NCBI GenBank assembly: GCA_964409225.1
Contig: CAYPCM010000004.1
Location: 1 to 58,407, forward strand
Direction: 5' to 3'
Length of the DNA stretch: 58,407 nucleotides
From: an uncultured Candidatus Saccharibacteria bacterium
GTDB lineage: Bacteria; Patescibacteriota; Minisyncoccia; JACPXH01
This document shows, piece by piece, positions 20,291-30,678 of the stretch. The position numbers and the translations under genes are program-made. The notes beneath the pieces are model-generated. The model did no database searches. It saw only the letters and a program-made list of their open reading frames with translations, and had not been told where the DNA came from. Every line of letters begins with the position of its first letter. The stretch's first letter is position 1.

Positions 20291-20830
20291 TCACCGTCCG
20301 CCAGATCTCGGGCGACACGTCAGGAGCACCGCGGCGAGTATCGTCGCGCTGACGAGAATCGGAAACCACACCGGCGCAAACCACGGCACCGGCATCAGGA
20401 ACAGAACGTCGGGAGTGGTAAGCGAGGCGGGCCAACGCACCGTGGCCCACAGCCCGACGTAATACACAAGATCCCAAATCGCGAACGTCCAGAGAAAAAT
20501 TGCCCAGCGCTCGCGGCGAGTGGACGCCGCGAGTAACGCAATGGTTGCGAGCATCACGAGCGTTGCGGCTTCACGAAAAAATTCGATTATCAACAAGCGC
20601 CCGGAAATTTTCCCCAGCGCTTCAATATTCTGAACAAGTGCGGGGTCGGCAAACCCGACCGCCGCGCGCAAGTACACGACCGCCGCCGCCTCCACAAACC
20701 CAAAGGCGAACCCAAAGAGTGTCGCAAAAACGAGAGTTTTCGGCGATATGGCCAGGCCGCTCCGCCGCCAGACAAGATAGGCGACGAATGGAATGATGGC
20801 CACTAGATTAACCCACCAGGGTTGAGCCAT
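20291..20830 (-). CDS. Conserved membrane protein
   Basis: EAAAVVYLR, REAATLVML, WDLVYY, PVPW motifs; multiple TM helices. Confidence 0.75.
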   Translation of the reverse strand: MAQPWWVNLVAIIPFVAYLVWRRSGLAISPKTLVFATLFGFAFGFVEAAAVVYLRAAVGFADPALVQNIEALGKISGRLLIIEFFREAATLVMLATIALLAASTRRERWAIFLWTFAIWDLVYYVGLWATVRWPASLTTPDVLFLMPVPWFAPVWFPILVSATILAAVLLTCRPRSGGR

Positions 20831-20977
20831 GGAAATGCAACAAAGAAATAAGGAACCCGGGGCGCCTCACTTCGGCCTCGCACGTCCCTCGACGCGGCTC
20901 GGGACAGGCTCGGCCGCGGCGCCCGCGAAAAGCCAAGCAGTTGGCTTTTCGCCCCACCAGGGTTGAGCCATGGAAAT
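20812..20977. mobile_element. Hairpin element flanked by 25-bp direct repeats
   Basis: CCCACCAGGGTTGAGCCATGGAAAT at 20812-20836 and 20953-20977; interior homologous to 2130-2250. Confidence 0.7.
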
Positions 20978-20984
20978 ATAACGG

Positions 20985-21066
20985 TGCCGGCGGGAGGACT
21001 CGAACCCCCATGCCTTGCGGCACATGGTCCTAAACCATGCGTGTCTACCAATTTCACCACGCCGGC
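20985..21066 (-). tRNA. tRNA-Leu(TAG)
   Basis: CATGG-TTTAGGA-CCATG, long variable arm, acceptor GCCGGCG/CGCCGGC. Confidence 0.95.
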
Positions 21067-21136
21067 TACTCAACAAATTATGTTCACATTCTACCCACCA
21101 AAACCCCTTATTTCAAGCCAAAAACAGTCATTCCTA

Positions 21137-21165
21137 TTGACTTACATATATAATGTTAGTATAAT
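21137..21165 (+). promoter_or_regulatory. sigma70-type promoter
   Basis: TTGACT-17 nt-TATAAT upstream of the three-gene operon. Confidence 0.65.
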
Positions 21166-21274
21166 CTAGAACGAATCGTCCTGACAACTGCGGAGGGCAG
21201 CCAAAACAGGACGAGCGCTCGTTGACAGTAGAATACGGGAAAAACAAAAGGGCTATACGGCCCAGGAGGGAATA

Positions 21275-21997
21275 ATGGCAGACGCACGAAGGGAGGACCG
21301 CAAACCAACGACGCCCAATATAGACCTAACGTGGTCAAACCCTGAGCTTGCGCCGGACAACACGTACTCCACGACTCTCTATATTTTCGTGGGTGGGTCA
21401 TGGATGAACGGGTTGCCGGATCGAGCACGCTTCCGTGTGGACGGCGCCGATTGGTACGATCCGGTACCGATATTCAACCGGAGAGCATCAAAGCCGCTTA
21501 CCAACCTTCTCCCGGGCAGCCATTGCCGCATCGAGGTGGAAGTGCGAGGTCTCATCGTGGAACGCCTCCTCCTTGTGCCGCCGCTACCGAAACAGAAAAC
21601 GACCGAGCAGGAAAGGAACGAGCGGGCCATCGCCGATCTCGAACTTGATACCAAACTGGCGGGGGCCGAGCGGGCGAATCAGGAAGCTCGCCGCGCGCCT
21701 CCACCAATCATTCCGAAACTTTCGGTCGAGCCGCTCGGGTTCAAGCCGAATCTTCGGTTCATCGTCCACCTCACCGATCACGAGATCCGCGGGACGGCTG
21801 GGAAGGTTGAGGTGAGCACACGCGCTGACCCTACCCTCTTCGAAATCGTAGAGGTGGATAGCTCTGGTTCTACTATTTGGCCCCCAAGGGATGCCTCGGC
21901 AATTACGTTCCCAGACAAACGTCGCACATACCGATTCCGGATTGCCGGAGCCGACCTCAAGGACAAAGAACGCACCTGCGAGTGCGTCGTTTCCTAA
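21275..21997 (+). CDS. Hypothetical protein (beta-rich domains joined by a coiled linker)
   Basis: 240-aa ORF, AGGAGG SD. Confidence 0.65.
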   Translation: MADARREDRKPTTPNIDLTWSNPELAPDNTYSTTLYIFVGGSWMNGLPDRARFRVDGADWYDPVPIFNRRASKPLTNLLPGSHCRIEVEVRGLIVERLLLVPPLPKQKTTEQERNERAIADLELDTKLAGAERANQEARRAPPPIIPKLSVEPLGFKPNLRFIVHLTDHEIRGTAGKVEVSTRADPTLFEIVEVDSSGSTIWPPRDASAITFPDKRRTYRFRIAGADLKDKERTCECVVS

Positions 21998-22014
21998 AAG
22001 AAAGGGAGGGTGCT

Positions 22015-22638
22015 ATGGCAGAAGCAAAAGGCACGACGCCTGCCAGTGGTCTAGGCGTGCTCGGCCACTGGGTAACCGGAATCTTCGCGACCCTCGCCGC
22101 CATCATCGGCATCAAGGGTCTCGATGACATCCGCGATAAAATCCGCGACGTGGCCAAACGGCAGATGGAGAACCTGAGGACAGACCGGCACATCTACGAG
22201 CGAACGCTCGGGAGAATGACCGCGGAGGGAGGTGAATGGGCTCGGTACGCTACGATCTTGGAGCAACGACGCCGAGTTGCTGAACGCGATCCATTTGTGG
22301 AAAACCGACAGGTGGCCCTTATAACCGAACTGCTCAAGGGCAGAACCGAGGATGAGCAGCTCGAGACAATGCGGGAACTCGCCCTCATGTCGAAACTAGA
22401 GTTCGAGGCGAGACTCCGCAGTGTGGAGGACAATAGGACCGGAGAAGTGATCCGGGCCGCGAAACACGCAGCCCGAGAGCTCCGGCCAATCGTCCAAGAG
22501 GTCAATCAACGTCTCAAGCGACGAGTACGAGCGCGCAACCGTTGGCAACGCCGACATCCGCTTCCTCGGACGGGTGCGGAGCGACGGCGATACATCATCC
22601 GGCGGGAGGGATTCTTCCGCTGGCTGATAGGAGGATAG
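22015..22638 (+). CDS. Hypothetical membrane-anchored helical protein
   Basis: MAEAK start with GGGAGG SD, one TM, Arg-rich C-terminus. Confidence 0.65.
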   Translation: MAEAKGTTPASGLGVLGHWVTGIFATLAAIIGIKGLDDIRDKIRDVAKRQMENLRTDRHIYERTLGRMTAEGGEWARYATILEQRRRVAERDPFVENRQVALITELLKGRTEDEQLETMRELALMSKLEFEARLRSVEDNRTGEVIRAAKHAARELRPIVQEVNQRLKRRVRARNRWQRRHPLPRTGAERRRYIIRREGFFRWLIGG

Positions 22639-22642
22639 CACC

Positions 22643-23776
22643 ATGCGAGGATTCCTAAGAATCTTGTACCGGCTTCTCTTCCGCGACATTCGTAAAACGT
22701 TAAAGCTGCTGCGTCGGTTGACCGGACTCACGCCGCATCAAATCCGGACCGAACTGTGGCCGCGCGCCCAGCTCTACTGGCATCGGCTCGTAGGGGCCAC
22801 GATCCGCTTTGTGCTCTTCCCCCTGGTTTTCTTTATCGGGGGGGGTCTACTCGGCGGTGTCTCGCCCCTTGCGAAAGACCTGCTCGTGGGGTTTGGAACG
22901 CTGTTCGCGGTCGTTCCCTTCTTCTACTTCCTGCAGCGTGCAGCACTCCTCGGGATCGTGGTGCCGATACTCTTCGAGGCGTCGCGCGCCGGCGATCTTA
23001 TCGTCGGCGAGGCGCTCGCGAAGCGATTGGAACAGTACGGACGTAACATGGCGGGGGTCCTCGCGAGCGAGTTCGTGATCGGACTCATCGTCTGGATCGC
23101 CCCGCTCCATGAACAGCCGCGCTATCTACTCTGGCTCATCATCGCAGCGCTCGCCTACGCCATGTGGGCCCTGTGGACTGGAGGCGTAGGATTCTGGAAG
23201 AAGGTGGTGCGCTGGGTCCCAGCGGCGGTCATCGCGTTCATATTCCTCGCGATGATTTTCCCGGGCGTTCCTCGCGTGTTGGGCTACGCCCGGCAAAGCA
23301 TCAACGACTCCATCAACTGCACCCTGCCAGGCGCGAACTGCCCGAGGCCGCCAGCGCCCAGAGAGAAGTTCGAGGTACGGTACCCGCCTGTGGCCCAGGC
23401 GAGCATCTCGGCGATATCGGGAGAAGGAATGATCTTTCTCAAAGGCCTGCCCTACTTCCCGACGCCGAACGCCCTCCAACCAGGCCAGTGCGCCCGGGTG
23501 TGGATAGAGGGGGCGGTCCAGCCCGGGTGGGAACATATCCCGCTCGACCGAAGGCCGGTGCTGGAGCGGCTGTACCTTGACGGCCTCAAGAAAGGCCGGA
23601 ACCCAATCTTGGACGAGACCGAAATCGTCGTGGGTGAAACGCCGTACCGCTTCGACCCCGCGACGCTCGAGGCCTCTGTTTGTAACAACTCGACCAAACC
23701 CCAGTACGTGGCCTTCAAGACCAACGGCTGGGGCGGAAGCGAGGACTCGCTGACGGTGAAAATCACGCCGCAGTGA
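22643..23776 (+). CDS. Hypothetical multi-pass membrane protein with C-terminal beta domain
   Basis: 377 aa, AGGAGG SD, about 6 TM helices. Confidence 0.7.
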   Translation: MRGFLRILYRLLFRDIRKTLKLLRRLTGLTPHQIRTELWPRAQLYWHRLVGATIRFVLFPLVFFIGGGLLGGVSPLAKDLLVGFGTLFAVVPFFYFLQRAALLGIVVPILFEASRAGDLIVGEALAKRLEQYGRNMAGVLASEFVIGLIVWIAPLHEQPRYLLWLIIAALAYAMWALWTGGVGFWKKVVRWVPAAVIAFIFLAMIFPGVPRVLGYARQSINDSINCTLPGANCPRPPAPREKFEVRYPPVAQASISAISGEGMIFLKGLPYFPTPNALQPGQCARVWIEGAVQPGWEHIPLDRRPVLERLYLDGLKKGRNPILDETEIVVGETPYRFDPATLEASVCNNSTKPQYVAFKTNGWGGSEDSLTVKITPQ

Positions 23777-23807
23777 GCCGCAAAAGGAGGTGGTTCTTTC
23801 GGAAACA

Positions 23808-23845
23808 CGCCGCCCCGATGGCAATGCCATCGGGGCGGTTTCTAT
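23808..23845 (+). terminator. Intrinsic terminator
   Basis: CCGCCCCGATGGCA-A-TGCCATCGGGGCGG followed by TTTCTATTT. Confidence 0.7.
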
Positions 23846-23873
23846 TTCGATTCTGTCTTACCGAGTATTAAGG

Positions 23874-24239
23874 TTAAAGTACGGGTTGCCCTTGGGCGCT
23901 AAGGATATTCTGCACCACCTCTGCAAGGCCAAAGGCCAAAAATCCTACCACGAGAGCAATAACTCCGTATTGGATAAATTGCCGTCCCTTCGTCTTATTC
24001 TCATCCTTCTGCCCGCCAAATAAATAGTAAAACGCACCAACCATAAAAATGACAACCGCAAGCACGAACAAGACGGCAAAGGCAGTCCGTGACAAATTCC
24101 TTATTAGTTGGAGCAGTCCGGAAAGGGTCGTAGGAGGATTTACTTGACCCTGTGCAAGCGCCGCTAGTGGCGCAAGTAGCGTCGTGACTGCAACGACTGC
24201 GGACTGGGCCATGTGCCGACGTAAAGAAGATATGTCCAT
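23874..24239 (-). CDS. TrbC/VirB2-like pilin
   Basis: Signal peptide ending ALA-Q, two TM helices joined by GG..ENKTKGR..I.YGVIAL. Confidence 0.8.
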   Translation of the reverse strand: MDISSLRRHMAQSAVVAVTTLLAPLAALAQGQVNPPTTLSGLLQLIRNLSRTAFAVLFVLAVVIFMVGAFYYLFGGQKDENKTKGRQFIQYGVIALVVGFLAFGLAEVVQNILSAQGQPVL

Positions 24240-24283
24240 AAAAGTAAATTAAGAATTAAAAATGTTTCGTCGTCAAAGCCAAA

Positions 24284-24799
24284 CTAAGTTGGCGTTCCTG
24301 CGGCAGGTGGGGGCCTTTGCTGGCCGGCCTCGGGATTGGTCAAAACGTCCTTTACGATGAAAGCTATGCCGCTGCCCAATAAAATTATAGCATACCCGAC
24401 AACTGTCCACAACAACGTCTTTTTGGCTTTCTCCACAAGGGCCGGGTTGGCGCCGGAAAACAAAAGCTGGTACGCGGCCCACAGCACCATGATTGTTACA
24501 ATGCTCGTCGCGAACGCAATGAGTTTCGGGACAACCGCGTTAATAAACTGCTCGATGCTCTCGAACCCGAGGAAGTTGTCAATGCGCACAACCCCCCCGC
24601 CGCCGCCCTCTGCTACACCGCCTTCGTTCTGACACGCTTGAGCGCACGACTGTCCCGCTATGGGGGTAAAAGAACGCCCGCTGTTACACCGACACATCTG
24701 GGCCGCTGCGGGAGTTGCTTGAAAAGAAACCACCCCAATGATCAACAAAAAGATGGCAACCCCCCCAACAGCACTCGTTCTCCAAAGCGCAGCAGTCAT
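24284..24799 (-). CDS. TrbC/VirB2-like pilin with Cys-rich N-terminal domain
   Basis: CRC..CAQAC domain, SGANP...EKAKKTLLWTVVG. Confidence 0.8.
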   Translation of the reverse strand: MTAALWRTSAVGGVAIFLLIIGVVSFQATPAAAQMCRCNSGRSFTPIAGQSCAQACQNEGGVAEGGGGGVVRIDNFLGFESIEQFINAVVPKLIAFATSIVTIMVLWAAYQLLFSGANPALVEKAKKTLLWTVVGYAIILLGSGIAFIVKDVLTNPEAGQQRPPPAAGTPT

Positions 24800-24805
24800 A
24801 CGCGA

Positions 24806-26140
24806 TTACCTCGTTGCCACACTCATCTCATTCGTCGCCGTCTCAATGGCTTCAGCCGGCGTTTTCTCGCGGCGCACGACCGCTTCAATGGCCTCGGCCA
24901 GAATTTGTTCGACCCTAAAATTATCGTATTGGTAAAAACTCTTGGCCGTAAGCGCCTGCTCGTGGAACAAACCCAAGTCCGCATCGCCCTTGAGCTCGTC
25001 AACCAGATCCCGACGCGCGGTGGGCCGGCGGCTCGCTTGCAAATATGATACCACGCCTTCCCGGCTTGAGGCAAAGGTCAGAAACTCCCACGCCGCCCGG
25101 CCGCTGCGGGATTGAAACGACACGGCCGGCGCCCAGTAGTTGGCGTAATTCACGTCGCGCTCGCGGTTTTGCACCTGCGGCATTTTTGCGATGCCCAAAC
25201 GCAAATTCGGGTTTTTCTGTCTGAACACCGGCAGTTCGTACGCGTAGTGAAAAGTCATGGCCGCCGATTCTTCGGCAAACGCATCCACTGACCAGTGGAA
25301 GTTTGAAGCGAGCCCCCAGGTAAAAGCGCCCGCATCCAAAGGATTGGCAAAGTCGGTGTAGAAGCGCACCGCATCCATGCCCGGCTGGTGCGGAGTTCCG
25401 TCAGGCAAAGGCCGCGTTTCGTCCATGACCACTCGGCGCGACTTGCGATCCACTATTTGCGTGCCTGATTGCAGCATGAGTAGCGCCAGAACGTCGGTGG
25501 AACGGTTTATGTTTCTGGCGGTGCCGATGGTGGCCGCGGCCCGCGCCACCAACCCGCCCGGCCCGAGCTGCCGCACTTTCGGGATCCCTGCCAGAAAATC
25601 ATTCCACGTTACAGGTGGCTGGGCGATGTTCGCCGAATTGAGGAAATCCTTGTTGTAGTACAGCGCAAGCGTGTCAACATAGAGCGGTACGGCGTATATT
25701 TTGCCCTCGGTGGTAAGATCTTCGATCGCGACATCAACGAATGAATCTTGGAACTGCTTGAATGACAGAACGTCTGTCGGCGCGGCTTGAAGCTTGTCGC
25801 GGTAGCGCGCGAGCCACGTGTGGTGAATGAAAAAAATGTCAGGACCCCGACCGGCAGCAAAGGCCTCAAGCAAGTCCTGCTCGTAGCGTTTAGGGTCTCT
25901 GGCATCCTTCTTGCGGTATGTGATGCGCGTATTTGGATGCGTGCGCTGATAAGCGCTCAGGGTAGCGGCAAACGCGTCTTCGTCGTCAAACACGCCCCAC
26001 ACCGTAAGCGTCACCGAACGGTTTTTATCCGAGCAGTATTTTACGCCCGGAATGACGCAGGTGAGCATCAGCACCGCCGCGAGGGCCACGACGATGATAA
26101 CGGCAAACGTGATGATGAGACCGCGGGAAAGTGGAGGCAT
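24806..26140 (-). CDS. Extracellular solute-binding protein (carbohydrate ABC type)
   Basis: LTVWG, GPDIF, YAVPLYVDTLALYYNKD, PPVTW. Confidence 0.88.
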   Translation of the reverse strand: MPPLSRGLIITFAVIIVVALAAVLMLTCVIPGVKYCSDKNRSVTLTVWGVFDDEDAFAATLSAYQRTHPNTRITYRKKDARDPKRYEQDLLEAFAAGRGPDIFFIHHTWLARYRDKLQAAPTDVLSFKQFQDSFVDVAIEDLTTEGKIYAVPLYVDTLALYYNKDFLNSANIAQPPVTWNDFLAGIPKVRQLGPGGLVARAAATIGTARNINRSTDVLALLMLQSGTQIVDRKSRRVVMDETRPLPDGTPHQPGMDAVRFYTDFANPLDAGAFTWGLASNFHWSVDAFAEESAAMTFHYAYELPVFRQKNPNLRLGIAKMPQVQNRERDVNYANYWAPAVSFQSRSGRAAWEFLTFASSREGVVSYLQASRRPTARRDLVDELKGDADLGLFHEQALTAKSFYQYDNFRVEQILAEAIEAVVRREKTPAEAIETATNEMSVATR

Positions 26141-26207
26141 GATCACAAATCCAAATTTCAAAATCCAAATGTCAAACCAATATCAAAGTTCAAAACGACG
26201 GCGCAGC

Positions 26208-26272
26208 CGTCATCCTGAGGGAGCGAAGCGACCGAAGGATCTCGAGATCCTTCGCTTACGCTCAGGATGACA
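26208..26272. repeat. REP-like palindrome (GTCATCCTGAG...CTCAGGATGAC)
   Basis: Terminal inverted repeat with inner CGAAGGATCTCGAGATCCTTCG palindrome. Confidence 0.75.
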
Positions 26273-26310
26273 CGCGGTGTCGTTTTACGCTTTAACTTTT
26301 GCATTATGCA

Positions 26311-26862
26311 TTATTTTTTGAACACTATCGCAAAATGATGGCTGCCGGCTTCAAGCGTGTGGTCTTGTTTGAAGCCAGCCGCGGCCGCAAGCGTCTGCAC
26401 GTCTGCTTGGAAGACGGGTGAGGCCATTGAGCGGGCCAGGGGCGATTCACCCTGCCATTCTATCGCGACGAGCCGTCCGCCGGGTTTGAGCACGCGATAC
26501 GCTTCTTCGACCACCGCTGTCCGGTTTTGCACCTGAAACAAAATGTTAGCCATAAATACCAGATCTTGAGATTCGTCCGGCAAGCCGGAGCCACGGGGTA
26601 TTTCCAGATCGGCGCGGTGCGTTTGAATGGTGTAGACGCCTTCGAGCTTGGCCCGGCCCACGAGCGCCTCCAACGGCTCCGCCCGCACGTCAATCGCATG
26701 CACTGTGCCATGTGCGCCGAGTAAATGCGCCAGTGCCAACGTGAAATACCCCGCCCCGCAACCAAAATCAGCCACCTCGCTCTCACGCTGAACCTGAAGG
26801 CGCGAGAGGAGTTCGCTCGGATTCAAAAATTCACTCGGCGCTGCCTTTGAAATTGTCCGCAT
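26311..26862 (-). CDS. Class I SAM-dependent methyltransferase
   Basis: VADFGCGAG, RVLKPGG. Confidence 0.9.
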   Translation of the reverse strand: MRTISKAAPSEFLNPSELLSRLQVQRESEVADFGCGAGYFTLALAHLLGAHGTVHAIDVRAEPLEALVGRAKLEGVYTIQTHRADLEIPRGSGLPDESQDLVFMANILFQVQNRTAVVEEAYRVLKPGGRLVAIEWQGESPLARSMASPVFQADVQTLAAAAGFKQDHTLEAGSHHFAIVFKK

Positions 26863-26864
26863 GA

Positions 26865-29312
26865 TTAAAACACCGTCACCGCCGCCACGCTGTCGCCCCC
26901 GCCAACTTTCATAAGCCGCACTCCTTGCGTGGCCCGACCAAGCACGGAAATCGCCTCCATCGGCGTTCGAATCACCTGCCCCTTGGCTGAAATCGCCAGC
27001 ACCTCTGTTGCTTCTGGATGCGGCACCAGCGCCACCACCAAATCCCCTGTTTTTTTGGTAACCTTGGCGGTTTTGATTCCCTTGCCCGCGCGCTTTTGCC
27101 GCTTATAGGCCTTCAGATACGTCCGCTTGCCAAAACCGTTTTCGGTAACGACAAGCACCGCCTCACCCATCGGCACCTCGCCCTTTTTGGTGATAACTTC
27201 CATGCCCACCACCTCGTCTTTGGCTCGGAACTTGATGCCGGTTACCCCACCGGCTGGCCGGCCCATGGACCGCACGTCGCGTTCAGAAAAACGAATGGCC
27301 TGACCTTGCTTTGTAACCATGAGCACATCATCAGCGCCGCTTGACGCCCGCACCCAGCTGAGCACGTCGCCCTTCGCAAGCTTAATTGCAATAAGCCCGG
27401 ATCTGCGCACCTGCAAGAATTCTTCAATCGCGGTTTTCTTGATTATACCACTGGTTGTGCCCATGACCAAAAACTTGGCCCCAACTGGCTCACCCTTCTT
27501 TAGCCGGTATGGTAAAACAGCCGTAACCGCCTCAGCCGGTCCGAGTGCCAGGAAGTTTTCGATGGCCCGGCCGCGGCTCTGCCGAGTTGCTTCCGGAATC
27601 TCGTATGTTTTGGTCTGAAACACCTTGCCGGTATTCGTAAAAAACAGCAGGTTCGCGTGCGTGTGGGCAGAAACCGCATGCAGAACCACGTCTTCTTCTT
27701 TCGGCACCACGCCAATCACGCCTTTGCCGCCGCGCTTTTGCGTGCGGTAGGACGCCGGGTTCATGCGCTTTATAGATCCGCCGCGGGTTACGATCACGAG
27801 CGCTTCTTCTTCCGGCACCAAGTCCTCGGTCGTAATCTCGCCCGGGGCATGCGCAAAGACATGCGTTTTGCGCTCGTCTCCGTGCTTGGCTTTCGCTTCG
27901 AGCGCCTCGCGCTTGATAACCTCAAGAATGCGCTTTGGGTCCGAAAGCAGGAGTGCCAACTCTTTAATCAGTTTTTTCTTTTCATTCAACTCCCCGCGCA
28001 CTTTTTCTTGCTCGAGGCCGGCCAGCGTTTGCAGTCGCATGTCCAAAATGGCCGCGGTTTGTATGTCCGTAAACCCGAAATGTTTAACCAGTGCTGTGTG
28101 CGCGGCCTCGCGGTCAGATGAGCGCCGGATGGTTTTAATGACAGCATCAATTTGATCAAGGGCTTTTACCAGCCCCTCAAGTATGTGGGCCCGCTCCTTA
28201 GCTCGACCGAGATCAAACTCGGCTCTACGGCGTACCACCACCTCACGATGCTTCAAATATTCTTCCAGCATCCCTTTGAGCGACAGCACCTGCGGCTGGC
28301 GGCCGTCCACCAAGGCCAACATATTCATGTGAAAGGTCTTCTGGAGATCGGTATATTTATACAAACTGTTCAAAACTTTCTGGGGAAAGGCGTCTTGCTT
28401 CAAGTCGATTGCGATGCGCAACCCTTCTCGGTCTGACTCGTCGCGGATGTCACGGATGCCCTCGATTTTGCGCTCCTGCACAAGTTCAGCCAGGTGCTCG
28501 ACTAGCGTGGCCTTGTTCACTTGATATGGAATGGAGGTGATGACAATTTGCTGCCGATTCGCTTTGTCTTCCACGATCTCGGTAATGCCGCGCATCAAAA
28601 CCGTGCCGCGGCCGGTGGCATAGGCGGCAGCAATCTCTTTGGTGTTGTAAATGGCTCCGCCGGTCGGAAAATCAGGGCCTTTCACGAACTTAAGCAGCTC
28701 TTCGCCAGTGGCATTGCGACGTTCGATAAGATGCACGAGTGCATCCGTAATCTCACCCAAATTGTGCGGCGGAATGGAAGTCGCCATGCCGACCGCAATG
28801 CCGACGGTGCCGTTGAGTAAAAGCTGCGGCACTTTGGCCGGCAGCACCGTGGGCTCCTGGCGCGTGCCGTCGTAATTGTCAACGAAGTCCACGGTGTCGC
28901 GGTCAATGTCCGCCAGCATTTCAGCCGCCATGGGCGTAAGGCGCGCCTCCGTGTATCTCATAGCCGCCGGCGAATCTCCGTCTATGGAACCAAAATTCCC
29001 CTGCCCTTGAACGAGCGGGTAGCGGAGCGAAAAATCCTGCGCGAGCCGCACCATGGCGTCATACACCGGCACGTCGCCGTGCGGGTGGAATTTTCCGAGC
29101 GTCTCTCCCACGACGGTCGCCGACTTGCGTAGCTTCGCCTGCGGCCCCAAGCCAAGTTCATTCATGGCAAACAAAATCCGGCGCTGAACGGGCTTGAGGC
29201 CGTCGCGCGCATCTGGCAGCGCGCGCGCCACAATCACCGACATCGCGTAGTTGAGGTATGACTCGCGCAGCTCGTCGGTTATTTCTCGAGGTTTAATCGA
29301 ACCAATGCCCAT
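26865..29312 (-). CDS. gyrA: DNA gyrase subunit A
   Basis: [28 protein letters not shown], GyrA-box QKRGGKG. Confidence 0.98.
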   Translation of the reverse strand: MGIGSIKPREITDELRESYLNYAMSVIVARALPDARDGLKPVQRRILFAMNELGLGPQAKLRKSATVVGETLGKFHPHGDVPVYDAMVRLAQDFSLRYPLVQGQGNFGSIDGDSPAAMRYTEARLTPMAAEMLADIDRDTVDFVDNYDGTRQEPTVLPAKVPQLLLNGTVGIAVGMATSIPPHNLGEITDALVHLIERRNATGEELLKFVKGPDFPTGGAIYNTKEIAAAYATGRGTVLMRGITEIVEDKANRQQIVITSIPYQVNKATLVEHLAELVQERKIEGIRDIRDESDREGLRIAIDLKQDAFPQKVLNSLYKYTDLQKTFHMNMLALVDGRQPQVLSLKGMLEEYLKHREVVVRRRAEFDLGRAKERAHILEGLVKALDQIDAVIKTIRRSSDREAAHTALVKHFGFTDIQTAAILDMRLQTLAGLEQEKVRGELNEKKKLIKELALLLSDPKRILEVIKREALEAKAKHGDERKTHVFAHAPGEITTEDLVPEEEALVIVTRGGSIKRMNPASYRTQKRGGKGVIGVVPKEEDVVLHAVSAHTHANLLFFTNTGKVFQTKTYEIPEATRQSRGRAIENFLALGPAEAVTAVLPYRLKKGEPVGAKFLVMGTTSGIIKKTAIEEFLQVRRSGLIAIKLAKGDVLSWVRASSGADDVLMVTKQGQAIRFSERDVRSMGRPAGGVTGIKFRAKDEVVGMEVITKKGEVPMGEAVLVVTENGFGKRTYLKAYKRQKRAGKGIKTAKVTKKTGDLVVALVPHPEATEVLAISAKGQVIRTPMEAISVLGRATQGVRLMKVGGGDSVAAVTVF

Positions 29313-29387
29313 AATCCGAAGTTCAACATTCAAAACTCAAAACTCCGATGAACTCGAAGAAGCGCTACTTGCAACCTTGAAATTTCG

Positions 29388-29720
29388 TCATTGTGCCGTG
29401 GGGAGTTTGTGCGGCGCAAGGTCTGGTTTCTGCGGTGCCGGTGTCTCGCGCGCGGGCTTCGTGAATACCGAACGCACAAACTGCCAGAAATCGTGCGCGC
29501 TCGCCCGTAAACTTTCGGGTACCGACGGCAGTCCCTCGGGCGCGGGCGCGCTCGATCGAGTGGCGATCTGAAATGTCATCTGCACAGACCAGGCGAACAC
29601 CATGACCGCAAGCGCGCCGGCAACCAACATAAGAAACAGGAGTATCTGGCGACGCACGGGCTCACCCCGGCTCCACAGCCACGTCTTCAACCGTTCAAAA
29701 AAATTCGCGTGCCGCCTCAT
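29388..29720 (-). CDS. Hypothetical single-TM protein
   Basis: 110 aa, overlaps the upstream stop codon (ATGA). Confidence 0.6.
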   Translation of the reverse strand: MRRHANFFERLKTWLWSRGEPVRRQILLFLMLVAGALAVMVFAWSVQMTFQIATRSSAPAPEGLPSVPESLRASAHDFWQFVRSVFTKPARETPAPQKPDLAPHKLPTAQ

Positions 29721-30358
29721 TTTTCAAACGTCAGCTGAACAATTTTGGTCTCACCAGTCGGCAAATCTTTCTTTTTAAGCGTGAGTTTCGGCATGGCTTC
29801 CACGGCAATGCCCATTTCTTTGAAGAAAGCGTCCGCTGGCTCAAGATTTATTGTCAGTCCCGGCAAAAGATAATGCATAGGGATCACGATGCGCGGCTCG
29901 ATCTGGTTGACCACCAGAGCCGCCTCACGGCCGCCAATGGTATAGACGCCGCCCACTGGCACAAGCAGAATGTCAACTTCTCCAATCGCCTCCACCTGCG
30001 TTTCAGTCAGGCGCTTTTGCCCCAAATCAGACAGATGGCACAAGCGTATATCCTCCAGTTCAAGGGTGAATATGGTGACCTTACCTCGTTCAGCGCCGCC
30101 GACTTCGTCATGGTCAGCCAAGATGCCGCGGACTGCCACCTCCTTAACTTCATACTCTCCCGGCCCGTCCAAAACCGCCGGCTCTCCTTCCAAACTAGAG
30201 ACGTTATTGTGATCAAAATGGTGGTGGCTGACAAGCACCGCATCAGCCCGGCCTCGCGGCGGCACAAGGCCTATCTCCTTTGAGAAGGGATCAATTACGA
30301 GCACCGTCTCGGAGCTCTGAATCCGGAAACAAGATTGGCCGTACCAGGTGATGACCAT
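29717..30358 (-). CDS. Metallo-beta-lactamase-fold hydrolase
   Basis: ITWYGQSCF, SHHHFDH, GPGEYE, IPMHY. Confidence 0.9.
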   Translation of the reverse strand: MVITWYGQSCFRIQSSETVLVIDPFSKEIGLVPPRGRADAVLVSHHHFDHNNVSSLEGEPAVLDGPGEYEVKEVAVRGILADHDEVGGAERGKVTIFTLELEDIRLCHLSDLGQKRLTETQVEAIGEVDILLVPVGGVYTIGGREAALVVNQIEPRIVIPMHYLLPGLTINLEPADAFFKEMGIAVEAMPKLTLKKKDLPTGETKIVQLTFEK

Positions 30359-30494
30359 ACCGCGCGCGAGAAAAGATGGCGCGTTTGGGGCCATCTCTTT
30401 CTACCCCAGCATATCAAAAAATATCGGGTCTGGCAATGCATTCAGAATATTAACTTCATAGCCAAACAAGCACTAAATGGAGCAACGTCCTAAT

Positions 30495-30622
30495 CTATAA
30501 ATCCAAATGCCAAAATCCAAATTTCAATCCTTCGACTCGTCGCTACGCTCCTCGCTCAGGAAATAACGCTTATACCCCGAGCCTGTCGAGGGGTTGACAT
30601 TTGGGCTTTGAAATTTGAACTT
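30495..30622. repeat. Composite palindromic element with AT-rich short-repeat arms
   Basis: AATCCAAATGCCAAAATCCAAATTTCAA..CCTTCGAC...GTCGAGGGG..TTGACATTTGGGCTTTGAAATTTGAACTT; same layout as 1262-1433. Confidence 0.6.
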
Positions 30623-30637
30623 GCCTTTTACCGGATC

Positions 30638-30666
30638 TTGCCATTCAGGCCTTCTCCTTATATACT
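30638..30666 (+). promoter_or_regulatory. Probable rpsA promoter
   Basis: TTGCCA-17 nt-TATACT. Confidence 0.5.
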
Positions 30667-30678
30667 TACAGCGCTTGT

